Positions 27,447 to 36,159 of a stretch of DNA of 64,000 bases are shown here, piece after piece; positions within the stretch are counted from its first letter, which is position 1; each line of letters starts with the position of its first letter. Source of the stretch: an uncultured Methanosarcinales archaeon (GTDB taxonomy: Archaea > Nanobdellota > Nanobdellia > Woesearchaeales > GW2011-AR9); NCBI GenBank assembly GCA_964362365.1, contig CAYIEF010000001.1, positions 4,207 through 68,206 of the forward strand, written 5' to 3'. The translations under genes were made by a program, and so were the position numbers. Under the pieces are notes generated by a model. It had not been told where the DNA came from. It saw nothing but the letters and a program-made list of their open reading frames with translations, and ran no database searches.

Positions 27447-27498
27447 GAAAAAGATTTTAAGCGTAGTTTTATAAAGAAAACTAATTCCGCCAGTAGGT

Positions 27499-28494
27499 AT
27501 GAAACCCTTAGTTGCGTTAGTTCTGTTAACTCTGCTCTTAAGCGGCTGTTCAACTGGGAAAGGAATAGCCAACGCGGAAACCTACCTCCAAGATCAAGGT
27601 ACAATAGAAGTTTACTTCTGCCCCCGTGAAGATTGTGAAGGTGTATTAATCTCTTTCTTAGATTCCGCTGAACAGTCGATCCATTGCGCCTTGTTTGATG
27701 TTGGACTGAAGTCAGTGCAAGAAAAATTATTAGAAAAAGAAAAGAGCATTGAAGTACTGATAGCTACCGATAATGATTACTTGAAGAAATTTAATCATCC
27801 TTTTGTCAAGGCCGATTCATACGGCTTAATGCACAACAAGTTCTGTGTTATTGATGGAAAGAAGATTAGCACCGGCTCTATGAATCCCACGGAAAATGAT
27901 GCGCATAAGAACAATAATAATCTGCTCTTGATAGAATCGTCAATGATAGCGCAGAATTATGAAGATGAATTCCAGGAATTATGGAGGGGAAATTTTAAGA
28001 AAGGAAATAAAGTACAAAACCCAAAAATTACGCTACATAATGGAGAAACAAAGGAGATACGTGTAGAAACATATTTCTGTCCGGAAGATGCCTGCGCGGA
28101 ACAGGTTAAAGAAGAATTGCAGAAAGCAGAAGTATCAATTCATTTCATGACCTTCTCATTCACTCATGATGGGATTGCTAATATACTTTTGTTAAAAAAT
28201 CTTGATGATCTGGAAGTCAAAGGAGCGATGGAAGTGAAACAAATTTCAGAATACTCGGAATTCAATCGCTTATTGCAAAACCATATAGATGTCCGCAAGG
28301 ATGGAAATAAGAATAATCTGCACCATAAAGTCTTCATTGTCGATGAAAAAACTGTAATTACCGGGTCGTTTAATCCTACTGCCAATGGTGATAAACATAA
28401 CGATGAAAATGTGATCATTATCGAAGACGAAGAGATTGCCAAAAGATTTGTGGAAGAGTTTTGGAAAGTGTATAGGGAAAGCTCTTCACCCTAA
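27499..28494 (+). CDS. secreted phospholipase-D-family protein with two HKD motifs (Nuc-like nuclease/PLD)
   Basis: Lipoprotein signal (LLLSGCST). HNKFCVIDGKKISTGSMNPTEND and HHKVFIVDEKTVITGSFNPTANGD are two HxK(x)4D(x)6GSxN motifs. Confidence 0.8.
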   Translation: MKPLVALVLLTLLLSGCSTGKGIANAETYLQDQGTIEVYFCPREDCEGVLISFLDSAEQSIHCALFDVGLKSVQEKLLEKEKSIEVLIATDNDYLKKFNHPFVKADSYGLMHNKFCVIDGKKISTGSMNPTENDAHKNNNNLLLIESSMIAQNYEDEFQELWRGNFKKGNKVQNPKITLHNGETKEIRVETYFCPEDACAEQVKEELQKAEVSIHFMTFSFTHDGIANILLLKNLDDLEVKGAMEVKQISEYSEFNRLLQNHIDVRKDGNKNNLHHKVFIVDEKTVITGSFNPTANGDKHNDENVIIIEDEEIAKRFVEEFWKVYRESSSP

Positions 28495-29427
28495 CCGGTC
28501 CAATATATCATGCGCATTGGTGGCAGATAGGTATTCCGTAATCTCTTTATTCTCTGCTTTTAATAAAATATTCATCCTCAATGATTTCTGTTCTTCATTG
28601 CTGACCCTGGCGAACCGGTCAACCGCAATCAAACCATAAGGATATCCTAAAAATAAAGCATCGGTGCTGTTTTCTGCTAAAAGCGGCAGGAATTCCTCGC
28701 TGCCGGTAAAACGAAAAACATGTTTTGATTTTACATGAAGCTTGACAAAGTAAGTATTATTTTCTACATAATAACTCCAACAACTAATTGGCCCTAACTT
28801 ATTCAATAGAATTAGGGGAGAATTCCCTGAAGCCGTAAACAAAGAAGACGATTTGGCTAAAGCGCATACCTGTGCGGGAAGCCTAGAAAGGTATTTTTCT
28901 TCATTGCGATAAGAAGATTCTAAGGTCCCGTCAAGCACGATAATATCAGCATCAACCTTACCGCATAAAGAAAGTTCGGCAAAGCGTCTGGCCATAGAGG
29001 CTACAGCATTTATGGAAGCTCGTTCCATGCCTATTTTGATAGTGGCATCGGTAGAAGAAATCTCCAGATCTTTTTCATCTATCAATGGTTGCTCCGTGAA
29101 AAATAATTTTGACTCATAAAAAACTTCTTCTTTCTCATATTTGGCGGCCGTCAAAAGATAGAACTCGTGTTTGTGATTTTTAATTATTTTATTATCTCGA
29201 TATACTAAAGCGCCGATTCTGATGAAACTGAGACAGAAATTTCCTGCTGAAATAATTTCTGCCTGGCCGCCGTCGATGAAAGCGATTGATCTTTGGGAAG
29301 AATGTTCTGGAATTGGTTGGAAATGGTCTTTGTTGATTTCAATTACTTTATTGTTGAAAAGAATCCTGTCTGAAATGGGAAACTGCTGGATTTTTCCGAT
29401 TAAATAGGTAGATATTTCTTTTAACAT
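28486..29427 (-). CDS. NurA-like 5'-3' nuclease domain protein
   Basis: N-terminal IAFIDGG and later IIVLDGTL resemble the NurA DG(S/T) motifs. No herA/mre11/rad50 neighbours. Confidence 0.45.
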   Translation of the reverse strand: MLKEISTYLIGKIQQFPISDRILFNNKVIEINKDHFQPIPEHSSQRSIAFIDGGQAEIISAGNFCLSFIRIGALVYRDNKIIKNHKHEFYLLTAAKYEKEEVFYESKLFFTEQPLIDEKDLEISSTDATIKIGMERASINAVASMARRFAELSLCGKVDADIIVLDGTLESSYRNEEKYLSRLPAQVCALAKSSSLFTASGNSPLILLNKLGPISCWSYYVENNTYFVKLHVKSKHVFRFTGSEEFLPLLAENSTDALFLGYPYGLIAVDRFARVSNEEQKSLRMNILLKAENKEITEYLSATNAHDILDRLG

Positions 29428-29502
29428 GGAAAAAGGAAAAGCCCTCGGCGAGTAAACAAAAGGACTACGCCTTTTGAACTCTCCTCAGTCTTTTTGATAA
29501 AA

Positions 29503-29574
29503 AGCCCCCGGGGAGATTTGAACTCCCGACCTTTACCTTACCAAGGTAACGCCATACCGCTAGGCCACGAGGGC
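29503..29574 (-). tRNA. tRNA-Thr (anticodon GGU)
   Basis: Hand-folded 72 nt: acceptor GCCCTCG/CGGGGGC (one G-U), D-arm, anticodon stem TTACC/GGTAA, loop TTGGTAA (U33, GGT, A37), 5-nt variable, T-arm GGGAG-TTCAAAT-CTCCC, discriminator U, followed by a T-run. Confidence 0.85.
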
Positions 29575-30198
29575 AACTTTAGACATATGTCTTTTATTCG
29601 AGAATCCTATTTGTTTTAAAAACCTTTCCAGCTGTTCATGGCCGTAAATTTCTAAGGTATTTCGTTTGCCGTCTCTATTACTTTTATCAACATACAAGCT
29701 AAACTCTTGAGAGAGGTGCTTCTCTAATTGGGTTATCAACGGAATACTTGCTATCTGGATAGTGATTCTTGGATATGGCCTTTTGTATTTTTTCCTATTA
29801 TCAAAAAACAAACAACCATCGGTATCAAAAATTCCCCTGATAGTTGAATACAACAATTGCTTATCTTGTTCTATTATCAAAGGAATCTTGACCGTCCTTG
29901 TTTTGATTCCAGGTAGAAAACCCAAAGATAACAAGAAATCAGCAAGTTCTGGAGAGTAAAAACGAAGCTGTAAAGTATTTTCATCTTTTCTGTAACAGAG
30001 TGATGGTTTTGCGGAAGGAAAATATTTCTTAACAATGGAAACTAAATGAAATTTCAGATAATCTTCATCGAGAATAGCATTACCTGTTACGCCTACTACG
30101 ATGCCTTTTTTACCGTATCTACTAAGGTAACCATCGCCAATAAACGCACCTACTAATTCGCACAATTCGCTATTGAGTTTTAACATTTCTTGTTCCAT
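29560..30198 (-). CDS. free-standing double-motif LAGLIDADG homing endonuclease
   Basis: LVGAFIGDGYLS (motif 1) and IRGIFDTDGCLFF (motif 2). 212 aa. 3' end overlaps the 5' end of tRNA-Thr by about 15 nt. Confidence 0.8.
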   Translation of the reverse strand: MEQEMLKLNSELCELVGAFIGDGYLSRYGKKGIVVGVTGNAILDEDYLKFHLVSIVKKYFPSAKPSLCYRKDENTLQLRFYSPELADFLLSLGFLPGIKTRTVKIPLIIEQDKQLLYSTIRGIFDTDGCLFFDNRKKYKRPYPRITIQIASIPLITQLEKHLSQEFSLYVDKSNRDGKRNTLEIYGHEQLERFLKQIGFSNKRHMSKVALVA

Positions 30199-30561
30199 TT
30201 TTTCACAACCTCAAAAATGGAATGTAGAATGTTTAAAAATCTTAGCTTGATTTGCTGGCTTAAATATTCCTATTTCGACAACCATAAAAGTATTTGAATC
30301 ATTTCTTTACAAAAATGCCAAGTGAATTAAGTCTGGATTATATCTGTTATTTGGAACAAAAGTGGAAGAGCTATACGCAAGTACGACCCTTGGGATCCGC
30401 GAAAGAGAATTCTTGAACAAGATATAAGAGATACTTTAGATGACATGAAAAATGAAACAAAAGTTGGAATAATGCTCTATGATCTTTTTGCCGGCCTTCA
30501 TTCGAAAGCTGAGGGTGAATTACAAGCTTACAAACGGTTTCTGCTCAGAAGATAAAAAAAG

Positions 30562-30703
30562 TGCGGGGAAGGAGATTTGAACTCCCGAATCCACTAAGGA
30601 ACAGGATACCTTCCTTTTTCAGCAGATTTAGTCTTCATGCTGGTCTTAAGTTTCGCCGAGCTTACGCTCACCTGCGCATTTGGCCAGGCTTTGCTATCCC
30701 CGC
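30562..30703 (-). tRNA. tRNA-Leu (anticodon UAA) interrupted by insertions (about 142 nt; intron-containing)
   Basis: Acceptor GCGGGGA/TCCCCGC with discriminator A. Leu-type D-loop GCAAAGCCTGGCCAAATGC. Canonical anticodon loop CTTAAGA. T-arm GGGAG-TTCAAAT-CTCCT. A 20-nt insert (TGAGCGTAAGCTCGGCGAAA) precedes the anticodon loop and an extra ~37 nt lie in the variable region. Confidence 0.55.
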
Positions 30704-30810
30704 ATAGGCAAAAACTAAAACAAGCCTTTCATTTATAAAATATTCCGTTTTATTGTTTTCATATATACTATATCAATAATCATTATAAAATAGATTTCCT
30801 TTCTAGCTTT

Positions 30811-31422
30811 ATGGTAAAAGTCCAGGTATTCGACACTCTGGAGAAAGCAGTAATAAGATTAGATTCTCTTTTTCATAAAAATAAGCTGGTCTGGGTAGCT
30901 ATGACCAGTGAGTTTAAAGCTCGAGAAAAAATGTATAGAAAAAGCGCAGCCTATCAAAAGCAACATGGCACGGATCTTACTGCGCCGCTTACCATGGAGG
31001 AAACATTTGTCTTGGGAGCAAATGTTGGCAAAGGGGAAGAAGTAAGCTCTTTCCCATATTTAATCGCGCAGGGAATCAGCGGATACGGATTTTACCTGAA
31101 TCTGATGGATCTAGATACTGCTGAATTTCACGGCCCTTATGATTCTATCACGTCTTTAGTAGAAGCCACACGCCAGACTAACAATAGGAAGAATTATTCA
31201 CACTTGGGCATAAAAGTATCTCCTATTTATTATACGGTCAGGCAGCCTTTTACGTACTCGGAATCAGAGAAAAATGATCTCAAAAAAGCGATGGGGTTTT
31301 CCAGTTTAACTTCAGAAAGCCAGGAAACTCTTGAAAAATACTTAGATAACTATGTAGAACGCTGCCTCAGTACAGAAGAAATACAAGAATTCGTGAGGGG
31401 GCATACTAAATTCTTAAATTGA
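30811..31422 (+). CDS. hypothetical protein
   Basis: 203-aa ORF. No family recognised. Confidence 0.45.
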   Translation: MVKVQVFDTLEKAVIRLDSLFHKNKLVWVAMTSEFKAREKMYRKSAAYQKQHGTDLTAPLTMEETFVLGANVGKGEEVSSFPYLIAQGISGYGFYLNLMDLDTAEFHGPYDSITSLVEATRQTNNRKNYSHLGIKVSPIYYTVRQPFTYSESEKNDLKKAMGFSSLTSESQETLEKYLDNYVERCLSTEEIQEFVRGHTKFLN

Positions 31423-31465
31423 TTAGAAGCAATAAATTTATGTATTACTAAATAAAAAAAAGGCT

Positions 31466-31723
31466 ATGTTAGAAAAAGCTAGAACAGAAATTGATGAAAT
31501 TGATGCTAAGATATTAGAGTTACTTGCCGAACGATTAAAGATTTGTACGCAATTAGGCAAGTACAAAAAACAACATGCCTTACCAATTCAAAACAAAGAG
31601 CGAGAAAAAGAAGTTATCAGAGAACGAACGCAGAAATTTAAGGAGCTTGGTTACGCTGATGAAAAATTTGTGTCTGAACTTTTTGAAATGATAATGAAAA
31701 AATCGCGGGAAGTGCAGAAATGA
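31466..31723 (+). CDS. aroQ: chorismate mutase (AroQ class)
   Basis: 85-aa all-helical protein with LEKARTEIDEIDAKILELLAERLKI, typical of AroQ. Stop overlaps the next gene (ATGA). Confidence 0.8.
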   Translation: MLEKARTEIDEIDAKILELLAERLKICTQLGKYKKQHALPIQNKEREKEVIRERTQKFKELGYADEKFVSELFEMIMKKSREVQK

Positions 31724-32550
31724 GCTACGAACCAACCGACCAGCCAAAAACAATTTCCATTATTGGCGGTAGAGGAAAAATGGGGTCTTTATTTGCTAGA
31801 AGTTTCCGGGAACAAGGATACAGAGTTTTGGTTTCCGATGAAAACAATTCTAATAATATCCCACTGGCGCAGCAGGGAGAGGTAGTGATTGTTTCGGTGC
31901 CAATAGAAAGAACAGTTGAAGTAGTCAAGGAAATAGGCCCCCAGGTAAGAACAGATTCTCTGCTTACTGATTTTACTTCTGTGAAGGCAAAACCAGTAGC
32001 AGCAATGTTAACTTATTCTCGGGCCGAGGTTATCGGCGGTCATCCGCTATTTGGTCCGAGCATAGAAAAATTTCACAACCAAAATATGATCCTTTGTCCG
32101 GCACGAGGTAAAGATTCTCTCTCCTGGTATAGTACGGCATTGGAAAAGCTGGGATTGAAAGTTACATTCATGGACCCCAAAGAACATGACCAAACCATGG
32201 CTATGGTGCAGTGTTTAACTCACTTCTCCAATATTGTTTTTGCTTCTGCTATTTCCGCAATGGATTACCAGTATGATCAGCAAGATGCCACTACTCCAGC
32301 CTACCTCCTTCGCCTTTATGCTGCAGCGCGAATGCTCACGCAAGATCCTTCTCTATATGCAGGAATTCTAATTGAAAATCCTTTTGCACGTGAAGCAATA
32401 AATGCCTACAGCAATGCGGTTAAAGAAATAAGCACTTTAGTGCATGAATCAAAAAAAGAGGGATTAGAAAGTTTGCTTAATGCTCTTCAAGAACGGTTTA
32501 GAGATCATCCCGTCCTGGAGAAAAAAAAGGCGGAGATTATTGATGAGTAA
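31720..32550 (+). CDS. tyrA: prephenate dehydrogenase
   Basis: Rossmann GxGxxG (IIGGRGKMGS) plus PDH core. Located between chorismate mutase and prephenate dehydratase. Confidence 0.85.
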   Translation: MSYEPTDQPKTISIIGGRGKMGSLFARSFREQGYRVLVSDENNSNNIPLAQQGEVVIVSVPIERTVEVVKEIGPQVRTDSLLTDFTSVKAKPVAAMLTYSRAEVIGGHPLFGPSIEKFHNQNMILCPARGKDSLSWYSTALEKLGLKVTFMDPKEHDQTMAMVQCLTHFSNIVFASAISAMDYQYDQQDATTPAYLLRLYAAARMLTQDPSLYAGILIENPFAREAINAYSNAVKEISTLVHESKKEGLESLLNALQERFRDHPVLEKKKAEIIDE

Positions 32551-33346
32551 AATTGCTGTTCTCGGCCCAGAATATAGTTATTCTCATCTAGTGGGCTTGA
32601 AAATATTTTCTGAACAAGAGTTACTTCTTTGCAACAGGATCGAAGATGTGTTTAAGGCTGTTGCTGAGAAGAAAACGGAAAAGGGAATAATTCCCATCGA
32701 AAACATGCTGCAAGGGAGCGTTAGAGAAAGCATTCTTGGCCTGTTGAAATATAAAGTAAAAATCAATGAGGCTTATACGGTTCCGATACGGCACTGCCTA
32801 GCGGGGCAAAAGCAAAATTACAGTAAAATAGTTTCCCATCAGCAAGCATTAGGGCAATGTTCAGGATTCTTGTCAGGAAAAGAGATCATTGAAGCATCGA
32901 GCACTTCCAAAGCGATGGAAACTGCTGCCCAAAATCAAGCATTTGCAGCTATCGGTTCTAAGGAAGCAGCAGAGCATTATGGATTACGCCTTCTCCAAGA
33001 AAACATTGAAGACAATCATGATAATGTGACTAGATTTTTAGTTATTTCTTTGGAAGAGACAAAAATTGCTGAAAAAAACAGCTCAATGACGTCAAGTTTA
33101 TTGCTTACACCTAAAGATGACCGCCCTGGACTGTTATTTTTGCTGCTGGCGCCATTTGCGGCGCAGAACATTAACTTAGTAAAGATTGAGTCACTGCCTT
33201 CCGGAAGAAAGATGGGAGAATATGTTTTTTATATTGAGATAGAAGGGGATGTTCATGAAGAGCGAGTAAAAGCTGCCCTGGACTTTTTAAGGAATAGCAT
33301 TGAAGTGTATTCGTTAGGTTCGTACGAAGTACGGGATTTTGAATAA
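32543..33346 (+). CDS. pheA: prephenate dehydratase with C-terminal ACT domain
   Basis: IAVLGPEYSYSH N-terminus, TRFLVIS, ACT domain. Start at the internal Met (track ORF starts 32480). Confidence 0.85.
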   Translation: MSKIAVLGPEYSYSHLVGLKIFSEQELLLCNRIEDVFKAVAEKKTEKGIIPIENMLQGSVRESILGLLKYKVKINEAYTVPIRHCLAGQKQNYSKIVSHQQALGQCSGFLSGKEIIEASSTSKAMETAAQNQAFAAIGSKEAAEHYGLRLLQENIEDNHDNVTRFLVISLEETKIAEKNSSMTSSLLLTPKDDRPGLLFLLLAPFAAQNINLVKIESLPSGRKMGEYVFYIEIEGDVHEERVKAALDFLRNSIEVYSLGSYEVRDFE

Positions 33347-33393
33347 AGTGTATATACGCAACGCTTATATTTAGCTAAGAAACTTTATTTTAA

Positions 33394-34359
33394 ATGTCTG
33401 ATCATTCTGAAAAATCAAGCCCTTTTATTACCAGACGAACTTTCTTAACCGCTGTTGGCTGCGCCAGCATCGTAGCCCTTACTTCTTGCACCGCAGGACA
33501 GTTTCAGGTGGTGCATCTTAATAACGCTCCGCGATACGAAAACATTACCTCGGAAGAAGACATACGAACCGTGCCTTTCGCGCATCTCAATGCTGCTGAT
33601 CTGCGGGGGAATTCCTTGAATCTCTTTAAAACTATTTCCAGGGAGAAAGCGCACTACCATGCTGCCTGGCTGGCTGACTTTTTTCGCCGAGAAAAGATTG
33701 GCATTCTTAATTTAAACGAACTTGATTATGCTGGAACAACGAAAACCGGAGGATTGGACCAGCCCAAGATAATTGCTGAGCATCTGGGTGCCCCCTACAA
33801 CTATGTTCTTTTTGACCAGTATCTGAAATCACCTAGCTGGATCACGGGAAATGCGGTTGTTTCCCGCTTTCCCATGAAAGCAGTACACCGGCATTTATAC
33901 GGCGACAGCGACTGCAATTTTTTTGACAGCAGGATCGAACATTTCTTCAAAGATTTTGTTCATGTTTCCGTAAGGGTTGGCAAAAGAGAGCTTAATGTCA
34001 TAAATACGCATCTGGATGACAGCGAAGGCGAGTATGAATTTCGAAAAAAAGAAGAGGCGCGAGAACTGGCAGCGTATATTCAAGCCTTTTCACGACAAAA
34101 TCCTCATAGCTACATCGTAGTGGCGGGAGACTTTAATGTTAGTCACAACAGCAAAATAATGAACATGCTGCTTAAAGACGGAATTCTTCATCCACCTCAA
34201 GAAAATTTTGGGCTTAAAACTCATCAGAACGGCAATCCCACTCACGATTTAGACCATATTCTTGCATCTTCCAATATTGCCATCCATAATTATAGAACTT
34301 TTCAATTTCCCTGGTCGGATCATCTGGGGTTGATGTGCGAGCTGGAATTTTTGGAATAG
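33394..34359 (+). CDS. secreted endonuclease/exonuclease/phosphatase (EEP, DNase I-like) family protein
   Basis: Tat-like signal (TRRTFLTAVGCAS), VVAGDFNV, DHILAS and the SDH signature near the C-terminus. Confidence 0.75.
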   Translation: MSDHSEKSSPFITRRTFLTAVGCASIVALTSCTAGQFQVVHLNNAPRYENITSEEDIRTVPFAHLNAADLRGNSLNLFKTISREKAHYHAAWLADFFRREKIGILNLNELDYAGTTKTGGLDQPKIIAEHLGAPYNYVLFDQYLKSPSWITGNAVVSRFPMKAVHRHLYGDSDCNFFDSRIEHFFKDFVHVSVRVGKRELNVINTHLDDSEGEYEFRKKEEARELAAYIQAFSRQNPHSYIVVAGDFNVSHNSKIMNMLLKDGILHPPQENFGLKTHQNGNPTHDLDHILASSNIAIHNYRTFQFPWSDHLGLMCELEFLE

Positions 34360-34399
34360 AGATGTAATTTTTATCATAACACCTGAAAAGGTAAAATCA

Positions 34400-35292
34400 T
34401 ACGCTAGATATTTTTGCCTGTTTGTTTTTATCCTCCATTTGTTTCTTTCTCTTCCTCTCCGGTTCAGCAAGATAATTTTCACTTGTTACTATTGGGCGAC
34501 CCAACTCTTTTTCAGTTTCCTTTCTAGCGTTACCTGCCACCCTTCCGCCTCTTTTGGCAGCATCTTCAACTTGTGGATATCCCTGCGCATCTTCTTTTCT
34601 GGTGATTTAGGTAGAAACCCTTTCACCTAGCATAGTAAAAATAAGCTCTAAATCGTTCATATGATCTCGTAAGTTCTCTTGTTTCAGTCCTTTGAATTGC
34701 TTATACTCACTTGGAGTCATACCAAACGTTGCTCTGGAAATTTCCGCAGTCAAAATAGCGTATTCCTTTTCAGTCTTTACCCCTCTTTTGTCCCATTCGT
34801 CAGTCAGTTCGTCTCTTATGGCAATACCCCTAACTCTCTTCTCAATCCAATCATCAGAATAACCTTTGGCTTTGTAGATTTCTTTCATACGCTTTTGGCA
34901 AGTTCAGGGTTTTCTATTTCCTGCACTCTATCATAGCCTACTTGAGCCAGCCATAATTTAAGCGGTTCTGCTTTTTTGGACGGTATTGATTGAATTATCC
35001 TGAAAAGAGACTTAGTATTGGCACAATCGGTCTCATAGAGTTTACCATCTGCTGCAGGTAATTTCAGTCGGTGACAATTTGTCACCACCTCGCTTCCTTC
35101 TTCCCTAAGCCTTTGGCTGAGCTTGTTCCAATATTTTCTAGCTATCTGAAAATCTTCCTGCCCGGTTAAAAATGCAATTATATCAATAACAGAATAATAC
35201 CATTCATTGTTATACCATAGTCTTCTAAACTGTTTTCCTTGGAATACAATAAGAGAAGTATGCCCCATTATTTCATCTGCCATTTTCAGCAC
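34400..35292 (-). pseudogene. DinD/Bro-N family gene broken into three pieces (Bro-N part 35292-34885; -1 shift at ATGA 34885-88; in-frame TAA at 34607-09; C-terminal continuation to 34400)
   Basis: The N-terminal piece is a Bro-N domain. The middle piece continues DinD-like. The reading frame after the TAA stays open for 68 codons (ITRKEDAQGYPQVEDAAKRGGRVAGNARKETEKELGRPIVTSENYL...), hand-translated. Confidence 0.5.
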
Positions 35293-35725
35293 CTATGCTT
35301 GAGCTTCTAATAACTTTTAAGAAATAAACACCATATTTATCAAAATTTCTTTCTCCAATACCATCAATTTCAATCATTTCTTCTTTCGTCATCGGCTTAG
35401 ATTTAGCTAATCTCTTTAAGACAGAATCATGAGCTACTACATACGGAGGAAGATTCTCAGCTCGCGCAAGATCCATCCTCATACTACGCAGTTTTTCAAA
35501 CAACCTATTTTCTTCTAAATTTAATTCAATAAGTGGGGATGAAACCACGGGCTTAAAATCTCCTTTATTCATCTTATCCATCTTGGCATGAAGAAATGTA
35601 ACTGTTGAATCTATAATTTTATCTAATTCTTCAACACTATCAGCACCAACTTTTACAGAGCCAACATACCAAGACCCTTTTGCAGTCTGCTTAAATTCTA
35701 CGTCAAAATTTTTTCCCTCTTCCAT
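35273..35725 (-). CDS. HRDC-domain protein
   Basis: C-terminal half (LFEKLRSMRMDLARAENLPPYVVAHDSVLKRLAKSKPMTKEEMIEIDGIG) matches the HRDC fold of RecQ/RNase D. Confidence 0.6.
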   Translation of the reverse strand: MEEGKNFDVEFKQTAKGSWYVGSVKVGADSVEELDKIIDSTVTFLHAKMDKMNKGDFKPVVSSPLIELNLEENRLFEKLRSMRMDLARAENLPPYVVAHDSVLKRLAKSKPMTKEEMIEIDGIGERNFDKYGVYFLKVIRSSSIGAENGR

Positions 35726-35819
35726 TTTAAGCTAGGAAACCTCAAACTTTATAACTTTTGCCCACCAATCTAAATTTTAGCCTGCTTTGCAGTAATCCTA
35801 TTTTTCAAAGTTTTCAGAA

Positions 35820-36090
35820 ACTACAGCGCAGTGCGATTTTCGGCGGTAAAAATACTCTTCGTCGCTTCGCTCCTTGTCCTCCCACTCTGCTCAGAAATTT
35901 TATTAATGATAATTCTAGTCCTCGCTCGTAGGTCGGAGAAACTAACAGGAATTATTTCAGCTCAGAAATGAAATCGTTGCATGAAAAACAAGGTTTTTCA
36001 GCACTGAAAATAAATCGTGGTTTGTTTTCATGTGTTTCATTTCTTGAGTAAGCGAAGCGAACGATGGGATAGGCAACTTCAGGATTTCCG
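35820..36090 (+). repeat. copy B of dispersed repeat family, with two tandem hairpin units (35954-35992, 35996-36032) and the AGCGAAGCGAACG core (36051-63), in the divergent promoter region upstream of the Ehr-like operon
   Basis: Homology to 21342-21470 and, in inverted orientation, to 53640-53830 (about 80% over the 45-nt core). Shared TCCTCGCT segment. Confidence 0.5.
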
Positions 36091-36159
36091 TGTTTATTAT
36101 CTACGTTTTACAGTAAACTAACTGTAAACTATAATTTAAAAAATATGTTTTAGCAGATA

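Noticed and set aside
26459-27604. Minus-strand ORFs of 112 and 246 aa
   Set aside because: Antisense to the CPA2 antiporter and PLD genes, which have strong family support. Shadow ORFs.
34607-34609. In-frame TAA within the DinD-like gene as evidence of stop-codon reassignment
   Set aside because: Other genes in the window (for example metG at 2229-2231) terminate at TAA with proper gene boundaries. Combined with the adjacent frameshift this is gene decay.
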